From: an uncultured Solibacteraceae bacterium | GTDB lineage: Bacteria; Acidobacteriota; Terriglobia; 20CM-2-55-15 | Length of the DNA: 52,668 nucleotides | Direction of reading: 5' to 3' | NCBI GenBank assembly: GCA_964584435.1 | Contig: CAZOZZ010000006.1 | Span: forward strand, 1 to 52,668 | Shown here: in pieces, positions 1-8,238 of the stretch | Layout of the letters: the number at the start of each line of letters is the position of its first letter | Position numbering within the stretch: position 1 is the stretch's first letter | Program-made: the position numbers and the translations under genes | Notes under the pieces: model-generated | The model's input: only the letters and a program-made list of their open reading frames with translations | Told to the model about the DNA's origin: nothing | The model's database searches: none

Positions 1-196
1 TCGCTTTCCTAACAGACGCAACAGTCGCTCGTCGGTCATGAGGACCGAGATTAGGCTGATCACCAACAGTCGACCACGGGCTGTAGCACCGTATTTTGGC
101 CTTGACCATGCCCTCATGTCCGTCGAAGATGGGACGGATGTTGGTTCGCTGAAAAGCCTGTAGATCGGTGTTCTGGCGGTCTAGCGGACGCATCAC

Positions 197-487
197 ATGA
201 GGGATGTCCAGATGTACGTAATCGGCATATTAGGGTTGGTTCTCGGATCCATGGATGTCGACTACGTCTTTGCCCTGCCGGTCCTTGTTCTCATGATCGG
301 GCTGACCACGACTTATCGACTGATATTCGGAGGTGCGGACGATTCGAAATATCAACTTTACCTTGCGAACTTTGTGAAACGACAACCGCTACCACCTCGG
401 CCATGGATCGGCTACACGGCCGTGATGTTTATGTATGGCGCGGTGGTCGGCACTGTGACCTTTGCTCTTGGAAGTTTCTTTCTGTGA
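197..487 (+). CDS. hypothetical small integral membrane protein (96 aa)
   Basis: ATG-initiated ORF. The translation is mostly hydrophobic helices (YVIGILGLVLGS, ALPVLVLMIGLTTT, AVMFMYGAVVGTVTFALGSFFL). No family motif recognised. Confidence 0.35.
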   Translation: MRDVQMYVIGILGLVLGSMDVDYVFALPVLVLMIGLTTTYRLIFGGADDSKYQLYLANFVKRQPLPPRPWIGYTAVMFMYGAVVGTVTFALGSFFL

Positions 488-648
488 CGACATCTTCGCC
501 CAGGCACTCGGAGAGCAGAGGTTCCAACCAATCGACACCGGACTGGCGCAGTCAACGAGGTCAAGAACATCACCTAGCACCTTCTCAGGCCCCATCCCAG
601 ACCGTCGCATCATGTCCTTCCAAACCGTGGAAGGAGGCGTAGCGGTTC

Positions 649-888
649 GTGTTGAGTTTAATCCTCCTGCACCTGGCTTTGGCATTCGTCTGCTTCCTCA
701 TGGCCTTGAACGGATATCTTCGCGGATCGAAGCGGGATATTGTGGATGCGGTGCCAGGAATAGTGTGGATCGCAGGACTGGGAACCGTTTTTGTGTTTTT
801 CGGGCCAGTCGCCGGTCTGGCCGGTGTCGTCATGTCTCTGTTGTATATGATTGTGGCGATACCCATCGCCGCCAAGGTGGCTCGGTGA
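649..888 (+). CDS. hypothetical small integral membrane protein (79 aa)
   Basis: GTG start, with GGAGG about 12 nt upstream (about 632-636). Two to three strongly hydrophobic segments (LILLHLALAFVCFLMAL, IVWIAGLGTVFVFFGPVAGLAGVVMSLLYMIVAIPIA). No family motif recognised. Confidence 0.4.
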   Translation: MLSLILLHLALAFVCFLMALNGYLRGSKRDIVDAVPGIVWIAGLGTVFVFFGPVAGLAGVVMSLLYMIVAIPIAAKVAR

Positions 889-939
889 TTGCTTGGGTAC
901 TAGACGCCGTTTGAAACCTCTTCCGGCCCGCCACTTGAC

Positions 940-2439
940 TTGTCAGTCGAAGCCATATTCCAGCGTGGTGATGAGACAGAGCGGCGCATACGGGAGATTG
1001 CAGGAATGCCGGCTATTGCACGAGTTCTGGCGGCAAAGCAAAAGTCAGCAGAGGATCTGAGCGAGGAATCTTGGTTTCTGCAACGGGTCGGTGTTGGGGA
1101 TCTGGCCTGGGACATGCTGTCGAGGCCCAAGGAACTTGCAAGGCTGTTCGAGTTTACTGAGCGAAACCTGTCGCCTCTGGAAATCCTGTCGAGACTTGAG
1201 TCCGCTGGTGAGCAGTCCGCAGAGACAAAAAAACGGTCCCCAGACAAAGCCCGAAATCCGGAAGTCAAGAAGCGCGTCCAAGGGCGAATGGAGGGGGGGC
1301 AAGACGGTGTCTCGGAGATTCGCCACTTCGAAGGACACATTGGCGAGATCAAGGGCTGTGTCTTCACGCCAGACGGTCACCAGGTACTATCTTGTGCGAA
1401 CGACGGTACAATTCGACGCTGGGAATTGAAAAGTGGCGAGGAAGTCGCCCGCATCGAGTTGCTGTCCATGAGCCGCATCGTTGCCTTCTCTCCAGATGCC
1501 CGATTGGCAGCGTGGAGCAGCGGAGGCACAAACTACGTTGTCCTAGCTAAGACTGACGAAGTTGAGTGGCATAGCATGGAACATTTTCAGGGACACACTA
1601 AGGGCATCGGTTGTGTCGCCTTCTCGCCCGATGGCACGCATCTCCTCTCAGGGAGTGCGGATCGGTCTCTCCGACTGTGGACGGTCGATCAACAGAATGA
1701 AGTCTGTCGATTGTCCGGCCATACCAACCACGTCAAGTGTGTGGCTTTCTCGCCTGATGGCAATCGTGCAGTTTCAGGTGGCATCGACAAAACCGTTCGG
1801 GTGTGGGATTTGGAGCGAGGTACGGAGGTAGCCTGCTTCCGAGGGCACGACGACGCTGTCACCTCCGTGTCGGTTTCGCCTGACGGATCGCTTGTGGCAT
1901 CGGCAGGGATGGATTACTCGGTGCGGGTATGGGAACTCGCAACTGGACAAGAGATTCAACTTTTTCAGGAGCACTCCTTCTGGATCACGTGCGCCGTTTT
2001 TTCTCCAGATGGCGCAAAGATTCTTTCCGCCGGCCACGGTGTGATGGCTTTCAAGGATCCGGCGGGACAGAGAACGATCCAACGCGACGACATCCGTCTT
2101 TGGGAGGTGTCGACCGGAGAGGAGGTCTGGCATTTCAAGGCGAAAGTGAACCCGGTTACGGGTCTCGCGGTTGCACCAGATGGCCGCTCGTTTCTCGTCG
2201 GAGGAAGTGCTCACTGGTTGGAGTATCCCGACGACGATATCGACTCGGAAAAGCCAGTTAAGGAAATACGACACGCAAATCCAATCTCTACTTGTACAGA
2301 TTGGAGTAACAGTTGCCGCCGGGTCTGGCGAATCTGGGCGCGTATAAGGAACCTCTGCGTTTGCGTGAATCCTCCCCTGGACAAATTTCACTTCATGGCA
2401 GGACCTGAGCGATGGAACTGGAGTCCCGACCCCCTTTGA
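940..2439 (+). CDS. WD40-repeat protein with a charged helical N-terminal region of about 130 aa
   Basis: Repeated GH...(F/V)SPDG...(S/A)G..D.(T/S)(L/V)R(L/V)W(D/E/T) units, e.g. GHTKGIGCVAFSPDGTHLLSGSADRSLRLWTV, GHTNHVKCVAFSPDGNRAVSGGIDKTVRVWDL and GHDDAVTSVSVSPDGSLVASAGMDYSVRVWEL. The annotated start is TTG, so the true start is uncertain (in-frame ATG at residue 23). The last 70 aa or so look low-complexity. Confidence 0.8.
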   Translation: MSVEAIFQRGDETERRIREIAGMPAIARVLAAKQKSAEDLSEESWFLQRVGVGDLAWDMLSRPKELARLFEFTERNLSPLEILSRLESAGEQSAETKKRSPDKARNPEVKKRVQGRMEGGQDGVSEIRHFEGHIGEIKGCVFTPDGHQVLSCANDGTIRRWELKSGEEVARIELLSMSRIVAFSPDARLAAWSSGGTNYVVLAKTDEVEWHSMEHFQGHTKGIGCVAFSPDGTHLLSGSADRSLRLWTVDQQNEVCRLSGHTNHVKCVAFSPDGNRAVSGGIDKTVRVWDLERGTEVACFRGHDDAVTSVSVSPDGSLVASAGMDYSVRVWELATGQEIQLFQEHSFWITCAVFSPDGAKILSAGHGVMAFKDPAGQRTIQRDDIRLWEVSTGEEVWHFKAKVNPVTGLAVAPDGRSFLVGGSAHWLEYPDDDIDSEKPVKEIRHANPISTCTDWSNSCRRVWRIWARIRNLCVCVNPPLDKFHFMAGPERWNWSPDPL

Positions 2440-2546
2440 GGCGCTTCCCCTTTAACTGAACGAATCCCCTTCTGCTGTTGGCTACGCGGACTTCGCTCTC
2501 TTCTCAGTACTCCAGAACTGACGGTCGATCTGTGGGGGTTGATTGA

Positions 2547-2568
2547 GGGTACGCTGGCCAGCGTACCC
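2547..2568. terminator. 22-nt perfect palindrome (GGGTACGCTGG/CCAGCGTACCC) between convergent genes; possible bidirectional stem-loop
   Basis: Read directly: gggtacgctggccagcgtaccc. It lies in the 290-bp gap between the WD40 gene (ends 2439, +) and the GIY-YIG gene (ends 2730, -). There is no flanking U-tract, so intrinsic-terminator function is not established. Confidence 0.3.
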
Positions 2569-2729
2569 AAGTCGGGGGCGTGCCGGGATTGCCACTTCAG
2601 CAAATCCTTTCCCCCATCCTCAACCAGCGTCTCCTCAAGCACCAGCCCCCGGGCATCGTGGACACTCGCCGGTTCTGACAAATGATCCGTCGTCGCAGGG
2701 TCCAAGCCGTTTACCTTGGTCGAGCACCT

Positions 2730-3254
2730 TCACTCCTCGTCACGCAGTAGCCAAAGTTTCGTGAGCATTTCGGTCTCGGTTGGGCCGAGGCGTGGATCTC
2801 GAATCTGAATGAACTTCTTAGCATCCTTGCCAAACCTCCCCCCTTGTTTGTTCAGGGTCGGCTCCACAGCCGCAATCAACACAGCCTCGATATGGTTCAA
2901 GACCACGGAAAGTTTGGCTCCCGCCTTGGTGTTCTCTGTTGAGAGCTTTCCGGTCGTCAGTACTTTCCTCAGACCAAACCACGAGAACCGATTCCAACGA
3001 TTTGCAAGAAAGTCACTTCGGTGCGCCTTCAACCGCGCAAGCAACCGTTGATTGCCCGCACCAGTCTGTCCGACATAGATCATTTGATGCCCTGAGTAGA
3101 GCACATAGATTCCGATCTGCCTTCGAAAGTCCACCGGTTCCGACGATGTGGCCCTTGATGGAACGCCGAGAAGCTCTCCCTTCTGTTTTCCCCTTCCCCA
3201 GAACACGTGATCAATCGACCAAAACAGGCCGTAGGACTTAATGATACCTGCCAT
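2730..3254 (-). CDS. GIY-YIG nuclease-family protein (174 aa)
   Basis: GIY-YIG core read in the translation: IGIYVLYSGHQMIYVGQTGAGNQRLLARLKAHRSDFLANRWNRFSWFGL (GIY ... YVG ... R ... H). Confidence 0.7.
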   Translation of the reverse strand: MAGIIKSYGLFWSIDHVFWGRGKQKGELLGVPSRATSSEPVDFRRQIGIYVLYSGHQMIYVGQTGAGNQRLLARLKAHRSDFLANRWNRFSWFGLRKVLTTGKLSTENTKAGAKLSVVLNHIEAVLIAAVEPTLNKQGGRFGKDAKKFIQIRDPRLGPTETEMLTKLWLLRDEE

Positions 3255-3585
3255 ACTATTGCTCCGTATGATTACTAGTTCGCACCGGCAACTCCAATCA
3301 GACTTTGATCAACCCGCCAAGAACGAGGCTGGCTACAAAGGCGACGATGGGCTGGGCGTTCGACGAAACGCCGCGCCGACAGTCTGCCATTATCTCAGTT
3401 TCGAGTCATGGTTCGGAATGATCCCAGGAATCCTGAGCGGCAGCGATGAAAAAACTCTATGGCATTGACAGTCTGCAAGAATGGGCCGATTGTTGCCGCC
3501 GAGTGCTGTTGGGTATTCCGGGCATCGTGAACTCGTTGAATCGTGATCGTTGATCAAGAGTCGGAACGAGCAGCCAACAACGGCC

Positions 3586-3807
3586 TCACCACACAACCAG
3601 CGTCTCACCACTAATCTCTCCCCCGCAGTGTGGGCACCCCAGAGGCCCTTCCAAAATGTACCCCGCGATCGCCCTCGCAGTTCCCCCCACCCGGTCCAGA
3701 AATGCCAAGAGCGTAATCTCAGCGTCGTCTGAGCAGTTCTCGCAACCGCAAATTCGGTAGTGAACTTTGATGGTCCTGTGCGTCGTGATCGTCACGGTTA
3801 TGTCCAT
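3586..3807 (-). CDS. possible small Cys-rich (zinc-ribbon-like) protein, 73 aa
   Basis: This is the internal ATG-to-stop portion of track ORF 3586..4374. It is the only part not overlapping the metallopeptidase gene: MDITVTITTHRTIKVHYRICGCENCSDD...GPLGCPHCGGEISGETLVVW (CxC..C ... CxxC). It lies directly downstream of the peptidase gene on the same strand. Confidence 0.3.
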   Translation of the reverse strand: MDITVTITTHRTIKVHYRICGCENCSDDAEITLLAFLDRVGGTARAIAGYILEGPLGCPHCGGEISGETLVVW

Positions 3808-3934
3808 GCTGGGACTGATGCAGGTTGGAAGCCGATTGGGGCGGGCATTGGTTACAAGCGGTTGGCTGACTCGAACGGAAGGCTTATCGCGGAAAGTGCG
3901 GCTGGGAAGTCGCAGTTGGTGGACTATCCAAGTG

Positions 3935-5041
3935 CTATCGAACAGCGTGCCACGTTCCGGTGAGTTCGAGGATCGATCCGTCGGGCTGGTCTGAAGTACA
4001 CACCATCGAACCCGACAAGGCCATTCTGCTCTCGTCGTCGAATGATCCTTGGTAGCGACAGTTCGCAATGTTGAAGGACATGGCGGTTTCGGTGACTTGA
4101 CCCGTTGAGATCGGTGTTGCAGGAGCATCGTTGTCTGTAGGAACCCCAAAGTAGACACAGGAACCTTGTTGCTCCATGGTTCCAGAAAGGCTGTCCGATA
4201 ATTGCCACAACGTGAGCGCGCCAGACGCAGAGCACCTCGCCCGATCACCAGAATCAGACATAGACTCCATGAATCTCCACTGGCCTGTCGCGTTGCGTGA
4301 CGGACTGGCGAACGCTGCGGGGTTCTTGAGGTGCTCAATGAGCAGTCGTTCCCATGAAGATCGGAGCCTGTCAAACTCGCTCTGGCAGCGTTGCGCTCTT
4401 TGAGCGGGAAGACCCGAAGCCTTCACTACGTACCCCCTCGTCAGCGGATCAGAGCCATAGGTCCAGCAGGCGATGTTGAAGAACCGTTGCTCGTTCAGGT
4501 CATGAGCGTCTGCGAAGGCTTCCACCGTGATGGAAGGCACCCGACCAGCGTTGCTATTCCAGTAGTCCGCTGCCCACATTGCCATGAGGGGTTCGTCATT
4601 CAGCAACAGGACAGCGAGTTGATCGACTCCGTCCTCTTCCTGGCCAACGACTGGGAGGTCGAGAACGTCGACCAGCGCGTGCCCCACTTCGTGGAACAGG
4701 AAGAAGTAGAGTTGCGAAATGATCGCCACAACTCCCCCACGTTGTTGACCGTTCGCAACCAGGGATTCGATCAGTTCTACGCACAGCAGGATCTGAGCTT
4801 CTCCAGGGATGTAGAAGGCATTCGCCTGCTGACAGGCACCAGAGGTGAGACCAACCTCCTTCGGAAGTTCAAACGTAGCGTTCAAGATCGGTATGAACTG
4901 CTCGTAGATCCCCTCGACTAGTTCAATGTGTTGGTGCTGATTGAGAGGGGGAGTTGAGACAAACTGCGCCTGTCCAGATTGGGCCACTGCCAGGAGAACA
5001 CCACTGACCAATACAGCCATCAGATGGATTGGTTTGTGCAT
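3935..5041 (-). CDS. secreted zinc metallopeptidase-like protein (HEXXH; DUF4344-like)
   Basis: N-terminal signal peptide MHKPIHLMAVLVSGVLLAVAQSGQAQ. Motif block LFHEVGHALVDVLDLPVVGQEEDGVDQLAVLLL (HExGH followed by an acidic EED..D segment) resembles the putative-metallopeptidase DUF4344 family as I remember it. Confidence 0.7.
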   Translation of the reverse strand: MHKPIHLMAVLVSGVLLAVAQSGQAQFVSTPPLNQHQHIELVEGIYEQFIPILNATFELPKEVGLTSGACQQANAFYIPGEAQILLCVELIESLVANGQQRGGVVAIISQLYFFLFHEVGHALVDVLDLPVVGQEEDGVDQLAVLLLNDEPLMAMWAADYWNSNAGRVPSITVEAFADAHDLNEQRFFNIACWTYGSDPLTRGYVVKASGLPAQRAQRCQSEFDRLRSSWERLLIEHLKNPAAFASPSRNATGQWRFMESMSDSGDRARCSASGALTLWQLSDSLSGTMEQQGSCVYFGVPTDNDAPATPISTGQVTETAMSFNIANCRYQGSFDDESRMALSGSMVCTSDQPDGSILELTGTWHAVR

Positions 5042-5236
5042 ACCTTCCCTACTCTGTTCCTAGAGAGAGCGTGTCAGCGCCAGTCTACCACCACACCTGT
5101 CCCAGTCTGACCTCCCTCACCGACCTGTAGCGACTCGAGACCGCCTCGGTTCACTGTTGATTTCAGGGATGACTCGACGGGCTTGGTTAGAGCCTGTGAA
5201 TGGTGAGCGAATCGGGCCGAGGGATCGCCTCGCGTT

Positions 5237-5959
5237 TCAGTTCGCGTTATACCCGTGATCCCGCGTGAGCAACAACTCCTTCCATCGAGACTCCCGCTGC
5301 AGAACATCGTCATCGCTGGCATGTGTGTCAGCGATTTCCAGAACGCCGAACTGAAAGTTCTCGGCATAGGCTATTCCTTTGTCTCGCAACAATCGCCGAA
5401 GTTCCCGGTTGCCGCCATGACCAGTCTGCGAATATGCACACCAGCGACTCCAGATACCTTCATCTCCAGTTGCGCTACCGACGTATAGTTTGCCACTGGC
5501 TCTGTCCGCGATGACATAGACACCGGCCACATTGGCTAACGCCGCTTTCCACGAAGCAACCTGCTGCTGCACCACAATGTCGAGCCGTTGCTTGGTCAAC
5601 ATCACCCATGAGTAGCCGGGGAACTCCTCAATCGTCAACTTCTCGGGTCGAATCTCGCCAACCGTCATGGCGTCATCCCAGTTTTCACCGACACGGTACG
5701 ACGCGCGACCAGTACGATGAAAGTTCACCACAAGGCGTCCCTCCAACTCACTAGTCGACTCTCTCGCCCGCAAGTCGTAGATAACTCGCTCTGGGTGTCC
5801 TTTGTTCGGCTCTTCCCTGCAGCCAAGTGAGTCATATGCCCCGACAAACAACCATTGGTGTTTTTGGGGCAACTGGATCAACGACACCACAAATTTGCGT
5901 TCAAAGTTTCTGCGGTTCTGTGACGCCTGCCACTCCTCGAAGTTTCCGGCAAGATACAC
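5237..5959 (-). CDS. two-domain protein with a C-terminal GIY-YIG nuclease domain (240 aa as annotated)
   Basis: C-terminal AGVYVIADRASGKLYVGSATGDEGIWSRWCAYSQTGHGGNRELRRLL ... ESRWKELLLTRDHGYN (GIY-YIG-type core). The annotated start is GTG. The frame stays open about 90 nt further upstream (..CKIHLAVWNGVEDPLD-V-YLAG..) with no canonical start, so the 5' end may be truncated or mis-set. Confidence 0.7.
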   Translation of the reverse strand: MYLAGNFEEWQASQNRRNFERKFVVSLIQLPQKHQWLFVGAYDSLGCREEPNKGHPERVIYDLRARESTSELEGRLVVNFHRTGRASYRVGENWDDAMTVGEIRPEKLTIEEFPGYSWVMLTKQRLDIVVQQQVASWKAALANVAGVYVIADRASGKLYVGSATGDEGIWSRWCAYSQTGHGGNRELRRLLRDKGIAYAENFQFGVLEIADTHASDDDVLQRESRWKELLLTRDHGYNAN

Positions 5960-6023
5960 GTCGAGCGGATCTTCAACCCCATTCCAGACCGCGAGATGGA
6001 TTTTGCATTGTTCGGGAGTGAGT

Positions 6024-6670
6024 TCAGGTTCGACACTTTTGACAGGTGAACTTCACGCTTTTCGACGGGACGTACATCTTGGCGCTGTCACAGACTCCGC
6101 AAACGACCTTTCCGGCGAAGAGCCACATCGGACGCTTGGATGGCTTCTTGCGTCGCTTCTTCTCTTCGCCGAGGATCTGATTGCACCTATCCCATAACTC
6201 CGCAGAAATGATGGGTTCGACCTCGGTAAAGAACGACTAGCTATTTCAGCCCGTTCCCACTCCGCCATTGCCGCGAGCATTGTGTAGAACAAACGCCCAG
6301 CTGGACTCGAAGTGTCGATGCTTTCTCCAACGGAGATCAGATCTGCGTCAGCCTCACGAAAGAGGTCTGCAAAATCCAGGAGTTCTTTGGTACTGCGAGC
6401 GAGACGAGCAAGCTTCGAGAAGATCAGGCCTGTGATGTGACCCGACTTGATGTCTCCGAGCATCCGCTGAGCCTCGGGATACCCCATGGCAGTCTTGCCG
6501 CTTACACCTTCGAGGTGATAGACCTCGACGACATTCCATCCCTTTGATTCAGCGTAGTACCCAGCGCGTCGCTCATGGTGCTCAGGACTTTCTCCGAGAG
6601 CCTGATCTTCGGTACTGACGCGAATCCAGATTCCGACGCTCTTCTTAAAGGAAGCGTGGTCACGAGTCAT
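6024..6670 (-). pseudogene. large serine recombinase remnant (resolvase domain plus out-of-frame zinc-ribbon fragment; recombinase domain deleted)
   Basis: The N-terminal 150 aa or so form an intact-looking resolvase catalytic domain ([12 protein letters not shown]..., [59 protein letters not shown]), with an AAGGGGA SD 8 nt before the ATG. After about nt 6235 that frame becomes junk. An offset frame instead encodes [64 protein letters not shown], which is typical of the zinc-ribbon region of large serine recombinases. The intervening recombinase domain of about 100+ aa and the C-terminal coiled-coil are absent. Confidence 0.75.
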
Positions 6671-7019
6671 GTGAGGATCCCCTTAGCTCTGAAAGCACAC
6701 CTTTCGACACAAAGATACCTGAGGGGATTCTACTCCCCTGGAAGTAAATGATCCATGGCGACGCTCGGGGGAAAGCGAAGGCCGGACAGCAAGTAGGAAA
6801 TAGTCGATTCGGAGGCTGAAGGTCGGGCAGCCAGTTCCCAGCGTCCCGGCTCGTTGCCCGATGGCCCTGGCACCTCTTTGTCAGCTCAAGCGAGCCTACG
6901 CAAGTGCTTCAGTTTGTCAGACAAACGGTCTCATCGAGAATGGCTGGAGAATTGTTAAAACTGAACTCGTCAGTGGCGATGAAACCAGTGGTCCAGCCTA
7001 CGGACAGGACGGAGACTGA

Positions 7020-7427
7020 ACCCGCCTGCGGCTGGATCTCAACCGTCTTGATGGTCTCGGCCAGATTGAGTGGCGCAACTTCATCACCAAGAATATCTTC
7101 GAGGGAAGAAGGCCATCTGTCCCATTCCTGGGACGGTGGTAGTGGTCGTCGCGACGAACGATCCCTGCCTATCCATAAGAGAAATTCTGACTTCGTTCGG
7201 GCCAGGATTTGGGTTGGCTATGGCCAGCCCGGTCCCACGAGCAAACCTGGCCTTCACATGGAACATGGGTCAAGACGGCAGGAAGCGTCATCGCACGTCA
7301 ACGCCCCGGAACAGCCAAAGGCTTTGTTTTCCTGAGCCTGGAGGACGAGACCGGCATCGCGAACGCCATCTTCACACCCAACATGCTGGAACGAAACCGG
7401 GCCGTCGTTACCACCGATTTTTTCTGC
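7020..7427 (+). pseudogene. dnaE2: 3' remnant of an error-prone DNA polymerase III alpha (DnaE2/ImuC-like) gene
   Basis: One frame reads ..GRRPSVPFLGRW*WSSRRTIPAYP*EKF*LRSGQDL...GTWVKTAGSVIARQRPGTAKGFVFLSLEDETGIANAIFTPNMLERNRAVVTTDFF. The block VAG.VI.RQRPGTAKG..F.(S/T)LEDETG..N is the hallmark of the DnaE2 C-terminal OB-fold region. The core (about 7260-7425) is well supported. The 5' extension (7020-7190) is weak and has three in-frame stops (7140, 7176, 7188). Similarity stops about 20 nt before the PPTase stop codon. Confidence 0.5.
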
Positions 7428-7443
7428 CGCGCAGGCTCCCATG

Positions 7444-8238
7444 TCAGACCGCGGATTTGCCGGGCGGACGGAAGGGCGCGGAAGTTCGGACTGGAATCAC
7501 TCGTATCTCAGAACCATCGGTGCCGACAATCGCGGCGTCGAGCATTGGCGTGGTCCGCGGGTCGGTGGAAACTGCGACGGCTATGCGGCTTTCTTCTGAT
7601 AGCCTGATCAGCGCCAACCACCAATTTTCCGCGGTCTTCTCCGGTAAGGACGCTGAGATCGCCGACGGCGACCGAAGATCGAACGAGACTTGATCCAGCG
7701 CCACGGTGATTCCCACTCCGCACGCTTTCACGTATGCTTCCTTCAGCGTCCAGAGATCAAGGAAGCGCTGCGCTCGGGTCGAGGGAGCCGCAGCGGAGAT
7801 CTGCCGTTGCTCGTCAACGGAACAGACGCTTGGCATCAGCAAATCGACGTCCATTGTCCGCGAGCCGCATTCGGCATCGACTCCGACTTCAGCGTCACGG
7901 CTGACGACGCACGCCACGAGGCCATGCGTGTGGGACAGGCTGAAGCGAATTGGGGGATTCCCGGCTAGCGTGGCAGGCAGGTACGGTTTCCCGCCCGAAG
8001 TACGCTCGAACCGCCACTCCTCGGGCGGGATGTTCGGTGCGGCGGCCGTCAGCATCCGCCGAAGCAGTGCGTGTGCCGCGGCGTAATCCCGGCGATCCTC
8101 CGCAGCGCGGAAACGTCGAAGTTTGTTCGACCCTTCCGCGTCGAGCAGCGCGGCATCGCGCGCCACTTCGGCGTCCGTCATGCGTCGTGATGCAGCGCAG
8201 CGGAGACGCAAGAACGGGGATACGTTGCCATTCATCAT
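7444..8238 (-). CDS. Sfp-type 4'-phosphopantetheinyl transferase
   Basis: Motifs GGKPYL, FSLSHTHGLVACVV, GVDAE and WTLKEAYVKACGVGI (WxxKEAxxK). It lies 53 nt downstream of the TE-containing NRPS gene on the same strand. The start could be the internal Met at residue 20. Confidence 0.9.
   Translation of the reverse strand: MMNGNVSPFLRLRCAASRRMTDAEVARDAALLDAEGSNKLRRFRAAEDRRDYAAAHALLRRMLTAAAPNIPPEEWRFERTSGGKPYLPATLAGNPPIRFSLSHTHGLVACVVSRDAEVGVDAECGSRTMDVDLLMPSVCSVDEQRQISAAAPSTRAQRFLDLWTLKEAYVKACGVGITVALDQVSFDLRSPSAISASLPEKTAENWWLALIRLSEESRIAVAVSTDPRTTPMLDAAIVGTDGSEIRVIPVRTSAPFRPPGKSAV

Noticed and set aside
1-193. Possible partial genes at the left edge: a minus-strand ATG at 193 running off the window (MRPLDRQNTDLQAFQRTNIRPIFDGHEGMVKAKIRCY..), or a plus-strand C-terminal fragment ending about 160.
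   Set aside because: The two readings exclude each other, both are short, and I recognise no motif, so I cannot decide from about 190 nt.
2388-2705. 105-aa minus-strand ORF between the WD40 and GIY-YIG genes.
   Set aside because: It overlaps the WD40 3' end, its composition is not protein-like (Ser/Pro/Arg-rich), and it contains the 22-nt palindrome, which is better explained as an intergenic stem-loop.
3298-3390. 30-aa hydrophobic mini-ORF MADCRRGVSSNAQPIVAFVASLVLGGLIKV upstream of the 174-aa GIY-YIG gene (toxin-like small peptide?).
   Set aside because: It is too short, with no visible SD and no supporting context. It cannot be told apart from chance.
3586-4374. 262-aa minus-strand ORF from the track.
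   Set aside because: Its first 190 aa or so overlap the metallopeptidase gene (3935..5041) out of frame and look like junk. I kept only the non-overlapping terminal 73 aa (3586..3807) as a low-confidence small ORF.
6914-7225. Open minus-strand frame of about 100 codons ending ..EDILGDEVAPLNLAETIKTVEIQPQAGSVSVLSVGWTTGFIATDEFSFNNSPAILDETVCLTN*.
   Set aside because: It has no ATG/GTG/TTG start after the upstream TAG and no motif I recognise. It may be another gene fragment, but I cannot support a call.
7070-7693. Plus-strand ORFs 7070..7693 and 7209..7607.
   Set aside because: They are read-through of the dnaE2 remnant frames into the antisense of the PPTase gene. Only the segment up to about 7425 shows DnaE2-like sequence, so I annotated that segment as a pseudogene fragment instead.
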